From Octopus vulgaris (taxonomy: Eukaryota), in contig OX597835.1 in the NCBI GenBank assembly GCA_951406725.2, forward strand, positions 45,818,001 to 45,882,000: a stretch of 64,000 nucleotides of DNA, written 5' to 3'. This document shows positions 56,950 through 64,000 of the stretch, one piece after another (the first letter of the stretch is position 1; every line of letters starts with the position of its first letter). The translations under genes and the position numbers were made by a program. The notes below the pieces were generated by a model. The model saw only the letters and a program-made list of their open reading frames with translations, made no database searches and was not told where the DNA came from.

Positions 56950-57176
56950 CCTGATAGATTGATAGATGGAGAAATATATATATCTCCATCTATCAATCTA
57001 TTATACTATCTACCTACCTATATTTCTATCTTTCCATCTCCGTTGTCATGGAAACTCCCCCCCCCCAAAAAAAAAAACAAAAACAATATTCTCTTCTAAA
57101 CAACCTCCCCACCCTCAATATCTCTTTTATATAAAAGAACAAGCTGTTTGTACATTCACAAAATTTTATTTGACAA

Positions 57177-57237
<61 letters not shown>

Positions 57238-57315
57238 GGGGGTAAACGCAAACTTACAGGGAAAAATTAGATTTAGGATTAAATCTAATTTTATTGTATA
57301 AATATATATCTCTAA

Positions 57316-57368
<53 letters not shown>

Positions 57369-57691
57369 GTAGTTTTGCAACATTAGGTGATTTTTTTTAT
57401 GTTGACGGAATTACTGATAAAAGTAAGTTCATAATTGACTGACAGAGGTAACTTAAAAAGATTCACTTAACTCCGTACACTTTGTTAATTCCTCTAAAAA
57501 TATCTTATTTACTTTTGCAACGGTTTTGTATTTTTCTGTTAGCGGCTTTTTCCAGGTTCCTCTTCTAGTTCTTTGATTTACTGACAATTCTTATTCACTT
57601 TCTGTCCGTCGTATTATAAATATAATTTCCGTTTCCCAGTCATTGTTTATTACCTTCTTCACCCGTGTATTTATTGTATACGTATATAACG

Positions 57692-58310
57692 ATGCCTAGA
57701 AGGAAAGTGTCAAATTTGTTTACTATGTCAAGGTCAACCAAAAGAATATCTCTGTCCAGCGAAAGAGAGAAGCATATCAAGGAACGAACTGTCTATGCAC
57801 TACAAAAGCCAGAGCATCTCAAAGTAATGAACAGAGGTATGCACGGCTGACAAGGAGTAGGATCTCCACTGCAAAACGGAGAGCAGTTGCAACAACTCAG
57901 AGAAGCAACTTCTATGATGCAGCTTTTAATTATGATCCAGCAGTCGATTATGCAGATGACAATAGAGTCTCCATTGGTGCGATGACAAATGAGTGTTTAC
58001 ATTGAAGCAGGGAAATGGGTTGGAGAGACACCTGCACTGTTCTGCAGTGGTGGAAAGGGTAAACTCCCTGCAAACCACCAACGTTCAGAGCCATTGAAAA
58101 AACTATTGTCATCAACTGACCTTGATTCCAAGCACTACCAAAACAAAATTAGACAATACAACGCTGTACTACAGATGACATCATTTGGAACCACAAGAGA
58201 TTTAACTGAGCCAGATTAATGCAAACCTTCAACATCCAAGGTTAGATTCATCATCGGATTGGCTCTCTAATACCTTATCAAAGGAATCACCAAAATCACC
58301 AAATTCATTG
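57692..58310 (+). mobile_element. Helitron remnant: N-terminal Cys-rich region of RepHel
   Basis: MPRRKVSN..., AAFNYDPAVDYADDNRVSIGAMTNECLH, KWVGETPALFCSGGKGKLP..EPLKKLL..SKHYQNKIRQYNAVLQMTSFGT, MQTFNIQG*IHHRIGSLIP are typical of the animal Helitron N-terminus. Confidence 0.88.
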
Positions 58311-59948
58311 TTTATAATCTCTACCTGTTTTTTTTTGGTTACGAAATAAGCTACACAAAACGGTCTCATTCAAATTTGCATTATTGAAAATACTTCACAT
58401 ATGGAAACAGGCTCTGCATGGTATGTCTACAACTGTAGAAAACTATATGTATGGCGTAGTTTGAATTAGCAGCTGGGCTCTGAATCCAGAAAATTATACA
58501 CAATAGAAAGCATTTCTTAATGAGATGAACGTCATCGTTTTGCCTTAGCTCAGCTTTATTCTTATAAATTTATGAAAGTGATTTTACAGTTGTAATCATG
58601 TATTAGGACTGCTTTCGCAAGTGTTAAGAGTCTAACACATTGTTTACCGCTGGTGAATATAGCATCAAGAGGTGAGTATTGCTCCCAAGTTAAATTAAGT
58701 GACGATCACGCATATCTAATTATTAATATTAATTTTTTTCTCTTCTTGAAAGATTTTGCCTTTGATAGCCGTGTATAGCGCCATTCTATCCCCCTTTGGA
58801 ATATTCAGCGGAACACAACTCGAGACACAGGTTCATAAAACTATAAAGCTTAATTCAGAATTCTACGAAGTTACTTTATTAAAATTAGAGAAATAAAGAA
58901 TTATATCACAGGCTAGAACATATCAGGTTTCTACATTTTTTTCGTCGCAAATTTTTAATTCTTTAGCAGTAAAGAAAATAGAGAAGAATTTAAGAGCTTT
59001 ATATATAATTTAGTATAAAATTGGTTGCATAATGTCCTTCCTTATTGACTTGCAAGATGTAAGTTAATCGTTAACGATACTTCACATTTCTGACATGTGG
59101 CTACATCATTCCGTCTTTCTCCGTTTACTGTTGAGGCACAATGCAGTTAAATTTACAAAGACGTTTCCTTCTTGTATTGGAAAACGATAAACACAGTAGC
59201 TGATTTCGAAAGAATGAGTGCAAGCAACATTCAACTGGAGTAGCAGTAATTCTATAGAACAATGACGGTTTAAAATGTAGTGGGTCTGTTTTGTATATTT
59301 ATACGAGGCGATAGCAAAAGTCGAGATCGATAAAAGCGTACGAATATTAACACCGGGATGGGAGTAATGTTCTGCGGATGTAATTTTAATTTGTAAAGCA
59401 GATCTTTAATTGAGACTGTCTATGGTTATTAAATAATTAGAAGAAATACATAATGCAAATGTTTGAAAGTTATGTAATAGCACAACCTCTAGGTTTCTTA
59501 CTCTGGATTCGGTTTACCAAATCCAAAAGACGAATGTTGCAGTACAGTATAATGCTTCAATGTCTGAAAAAAGTTAGCGAATCTGCTATGACAGGAGTCA
59601 GACTCAGATTACCAACTATTTAACCCGGGTAACTCTTTGTATGACTTGAAGCCATTCATAGCCCCTGCGACTCTAATGTATTACATATAAATGCGTGGTG
59701 AAGAGGTCGGTGCATGCCGTGGATAATAGCGTGAAATATATTCAGGTATCGTAGACGAATCATTGTAGATGATTATACGCAATTTCTTAGAACATAAATT
59801 TATAAAAATATTTCCACACGGTCAAGATTTTGATATATGTTATATACGTAATTAACTAGCAGCTCTTTGATTATGGTAGATTCACCATGATAGATCCTTA
59901 GCCACTAAACCTTTTTCCTATTTTCTCTCCCAGTTCATTTCTGTGTTC

Positions 59949-59984
59949 CTTTCTGTCGTAGAGCGTAGGCTCGAAACGTAAAAG
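59949..59984 (+). ncRNA. Minimal hammerhead-like motif, decayed core, homologous to 11240-11274
   Basis: CUUU-CUGUCGU-A-GAGC(guag)GCUC-GAAAC-GUA-AAAG. The element (~59885-60080) ends in (TA)n. Confidence 0.5.
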
Positions 59985-60119
59985 ACATTCTCAATTCCCG
60001 AGCGTTAAACTAATACATCTGTTTGTTGTTTACTCACCCGTCTACGTCTTTTGTGTTGTTTTGTTTTGTAAATTACAACTATATATATATATATACATAT
60101 GTGTATGTATGTATATATG

Positions 60120-60362
60120 TGTGTTTGTGTGTGTGTCTGTGTGTATGTGTTTGTGTGTGTGTCTGTGTGTTTTGTGTCTGTGTTCGTTCCCTGCCACCGC
60201 TTGATACCGATCGGTGTGTTTATGCCTTCGTAATGTGGCGGTTCTGCAACAGAAACCAAAACATTAAATACGAGCTTGGGAGCAATTCATTCGACTAAAA
60301 TTTCTATTTAAGGCGGTGCCCCAACATGGCCGCACTCCAGTGAGTGAACCAAATAAAAGGTA
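60120..60362 (+). mobile_element. SINE family A, 3' half
   Basis: (TG)n..ccaccgcttgataccgatcggtgtgttta..gcggttctgcaa..ttcgactaaaa..aaggcggtgccccaacatggccgca..gtgaaccaaataaaag. Confidence 0.8.
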
Positions 60363-60574
60363 AACGATATAGCATCCTGTGTGTGTACCAGAAAGTGTTT
60401 CTTCCCAATACTTTTTTGATGATGTGTAGCAGGTGAATGATGTAGATATGGCGGATTAAAATGGACAGTAGACAAGTGAACTGGACAGGACTTGTATAAA
60501 ACAAATCAAAGTAAAGTTAGCCGATAAATTTTTGAAAGAAGTACGCACACACACATTTCTATATATAGGTAAGT

Positions 60575-60935
<361 letters not shown>

Positions 60936-61645
60936 CTTTCATAGAAAGTGTGAACGATGAACACTTGGCTAGCTGTGGGCGTAATATTTGAACACGTCAA
61001 GCCAAAGGCGACCTTATTGATGACATTATACATTGTACTAGAGAGCAGAGAACTTTCGAAATGAGGTTGAATATTTTCTGGTAAAATTTATGTATACATA
61101 AGGACTTAGATAGAATTTTTACTACGACTCGGATAAAAAGGTAGCAAATATAATTTGCAAAAGAGAAATGGGATTTCTGAAAGAAGAAAAGTGTGAAAGA
61201 AAACAAAATAGAAAAAAATTCAGTTAATTGAAGAAAAAAAAGACAGTTGAACAACTTCTATCTAGCTCTCAGGTAAATATTTGAAGAACTCTGGATGATA
61301 TTAACCATCTGATGCCAAAATAAATTACATAATATTATCTGTGATGCCATACCTATGAAACCGACCGTTAAAATGTTCTTCAATCAGGTGATATCTAGTG
61401 AAGAGTATTCTTGTATATTTTCTTTTTTTCTGTGCGTATATGTGTGTGTAGAAACCAATAATGCATTACAAACACGGATTTGTACAGTATCTTTTAGAAT
61501 ATGAGTAGCATTAAGGCTACCGAGGAATGAGTGTTCGTTGTAGTAAACCTTGCGATTTATCTTAGATGCGAACCAGGTGAATTTAATGTTATTGAAAATG
61601 CAGTGTTTCGACTGAAGAAAAGAGACAATATTTATATACAATGTT

Positions 61646-61858
61646 AAGGCGGCGAGCTGGCAGAAACGTTAAGCACGCCAGGTGCAATGCTTAGCGGAAA
61701 TTTGTCCGTCTTTACGTTCTGAGTTCAAATTTCACTGCGGTTGATTATGGTTTTCATCCTTACAGAGTTAATAAAATAAGTTCCAATTTTTCACTGGGGT
61801 CGATGTAATAGACTTTCCTCCTACCAGGAACAGCTGGCCTTGTGCCAAAATTTGAACT
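61646..61858 (+). mobile_element. SINE family B, full length, with 20-bp TSD
   Basis: Flanked by caatatttatatacaatgtt (61626-61645) and caatatttagatacaatgtt (61859-61878). Confidence 0.9.
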
Positions 61859-62244
61859 CAATATTTAGATACAATGTTTATACATGCAATCTCACAGAGT
61901 CATACTAGTTCCTTAGATTAGCTTGATGCCGGAAATATAGGTGGGAAGCAACAGCTGATTATACCTTTCCATATCAGCAATGCACGGGTATTTACTGGGT
62001 ATGAGCAAAAATGTTCTTTTCACTCGGCAGGCACTTTAGACAAACGTAGTTTATGACACTTCTGTGCCAATAGAATGTATTCTCAACTGGGAAATACACG
62101 CAAACGTCGAGTTCAAATTCATTCAGTATAGGTATGTTTGTTGATCTTCGTCGATGCATATATTTTACCTGAAGATAATATTGATCTTTCCCATAACTAA
62201 TCCTTTATAAATGTAAATATTGATATGATGCCGAATGAATTATC

Positions 62245-62985
62245 CATCAGGTGGGGACCGAGGTCACCTAGCACAGTCCTACATCCCAGATGCCCAGGCT
62301 TAGATTTCACTTGAATCCTCGCTGTTTCTCCACCATAGAGAATCTATCGTAAGATTTGACTGACAAATGGCGAACGCAAACTACCAGGTTCTAGAAAAAC
62401 TTGGAGAGGAGACAGCCCTGGCGAATGTCTCCGCATTATCTCATACGACACAGCGAGCTTTCCACGCAGTATTTCTGGGTTAGATTGGGTAGCCTTTATG
62501 CTCTTAATCTGTTCCTAGTTACATAAGGTGGTGGGGCGAGCTGACAGAATCTTTAGCATGGCGGGTAAAATGCAACGGCATTTCGTCGGTTTTCACGTTC
62601 TGAGATCAAATTCCGCCGAGGTCGAGTTTGCATGTCAAGGTTTGGGAAAGATAAAATATATAGCAATTGAGAAGTGGGATCGATGTAATCGACTTTCACC
62701 CAACCCCAAATTTGCTGGCCTTGTGCGAAATTTTGAAATCAATATGTTCCTTCTTACTAGATGCCTTGAGCACTGGTTCGAATCATGCTCTAACCATCAG
62801 GATTATTAGTGCAACAAACCACAGGTTTTAAGTCTGAAGTCTATTGACTCCCCCCCCCCCCATCAATGCATGTTTTCCTATCTAATATCCCTTCAGAATA
62901 GACCCGACCTCCTCTGTTTCAGTGATGTCCAATAAAATCGAGATAAGCTTATCTATCTCATCTTTCCACCTTTCTGTTTAGTCTA
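62245..62985 (-). mobile_element. Highly decayed, deleted LINE (probably RTE) interrupted by a SINE
   Basis: Minus strand GDIRQGCLLSKFF (RT QG motif, ~62390-62432) and an endonuclease-like ILLDITETEEVGS (~62900-62940). Confidence 0.4.
62526..62742 (+). mobile_element. SINE family B with degenerate TSD
   Basis: ggcgagctgacagaatc..gttctgagatcaaattccgccgaggtcgag..gctggccttgtgcgaaattttgaaa. Flanks are aatctgttcctagttac and aatatgttccttcttac. Confidence 0.8.
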
Positions 62986-64000
62986 ACTTCAACAATAAAA
63001 GTTCAAGAGTTGCGAATTAATAGCGAAATAACGTGGGATATTTGAGGTAAAATTTGGTTCCGATTTGTGGCTAGTTGCGTTCACCACAGAGCAATTGCTG
63101 CTTAAACTAGGCACAAAATCAAACTTCCGAGTATTTAATCTATCCACATCTATGCAGCATTTTAAGTGTAGCAAAACTCTTCTAAATTTTTAGTTGTATG
63201 CAGAAAAAAAGAAAACTGCAATGCATGCAAAACACAGAGTTTATTCATTTTGAGAAAAGATTTAATGAATTGATTAGTGAAAGCCGTGAGTTGTGTGGTT
63301 GAGGGTACCCAGATCAAATTAATTACCGGAGTACTGTCCACAACAACGTATATTTCAGGAGACATACGGCCGAGAAAAATTATTTGCCAAACCTGAACTC
63401 CCAAGGTCAGTGTACCACTCAGATGAACCAAAGATTTTTATGAGTTAACAACACAACACAGCAACCACAAAAATCACTACAATAATAACAACCTCATTAA
63501 AACGATCAAATAATGACTTCTAATGAGCCCGATTAAAAAATTCAGTTTTTTAATAAAACCACACGGAAGAAAATCACAATTCACAACCATTTGTTGATAT
63601 AATAAATATTTGTCTGTTTGTCTGCCTGTCGCTCTCTCTCCCCCATACACATACACACACACTGTATATGATTACATGTTTGTGCGTGTTACTTCGTATG
63701 TGTTCGTGTTTGTGTGTTTGTGTGTGTGTAGTGTGAGCTTGTGTTTGGCGAATATCTATCTCATTGATTCGACCCATTTCTAAGTGTCGATGCACGCATA
63801 TAATTCCACTTTATTCAGCAACCGTACACATTCTCGCTTTGCAGGAAGTTCCTTAATGTGTGCGAAAAATCACTCTAAAATTACTATGAAACAATGAGGA
63901 ATCGAAGCAGAACGACACAGTTTTATGTTTGAGGCTAAGCATTTGCGATGTCCTATGAACCCCTTGCTCTGTTTCCCACTCTCTCTCTCTCTCTTTCTCT

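Noticed and set aside
61976-62000. gcaatgcacgggtattttactgg, resembling a Helitron 3' end
   Set aside because: Only half of the hairpin is present, CTAG is not intact, and it cannot be linked to the 57.7-kb fragment.

Overview
AT-rich, microsatellite-dense eukaryotic DNA that looks intergenic or intronic. The tRNA-derived SINE families and dense (TA)n/(GATA)n/(TACA)n/(AAT)n tracts fit best with an octopod cephalopod genome; that is an inference from repeat types. I find no recognisable intact host gene, and nearly all ORFs in the supplied track are microsatellite artefacts. The window is mostly transposon relics: (1) a full-length decayed mariner (1694-3815) with nested insertions, two more mariner fragments and a Tc1/mariner MITE; (2) a hAT MITE and two hAT transposase remnants; (3) two Helitron fragments, one Rep/HUH and one N-terminal Cys-rich; (4) three RTE-clade LINE relics; (5) an internally deleted R4/Dong-like element sitting in a (TAA)n tract; (6) about 20 copies of four SINE families. 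The most notable unexplained structure is seven minimal hammerhead-ribozyme-like motifs in short non-coding elements, most of them beside or inside microsatellites. They have palindromic stem III as in Penelope-like elements. Two are homologous and show stem I covariation, and two unrelated ones share a CCGACGA core variant. There is also a ~675-bp fold-back hairpin (36271-36946). All family assignments come from manual translation and recognition of motifs; no search was run.
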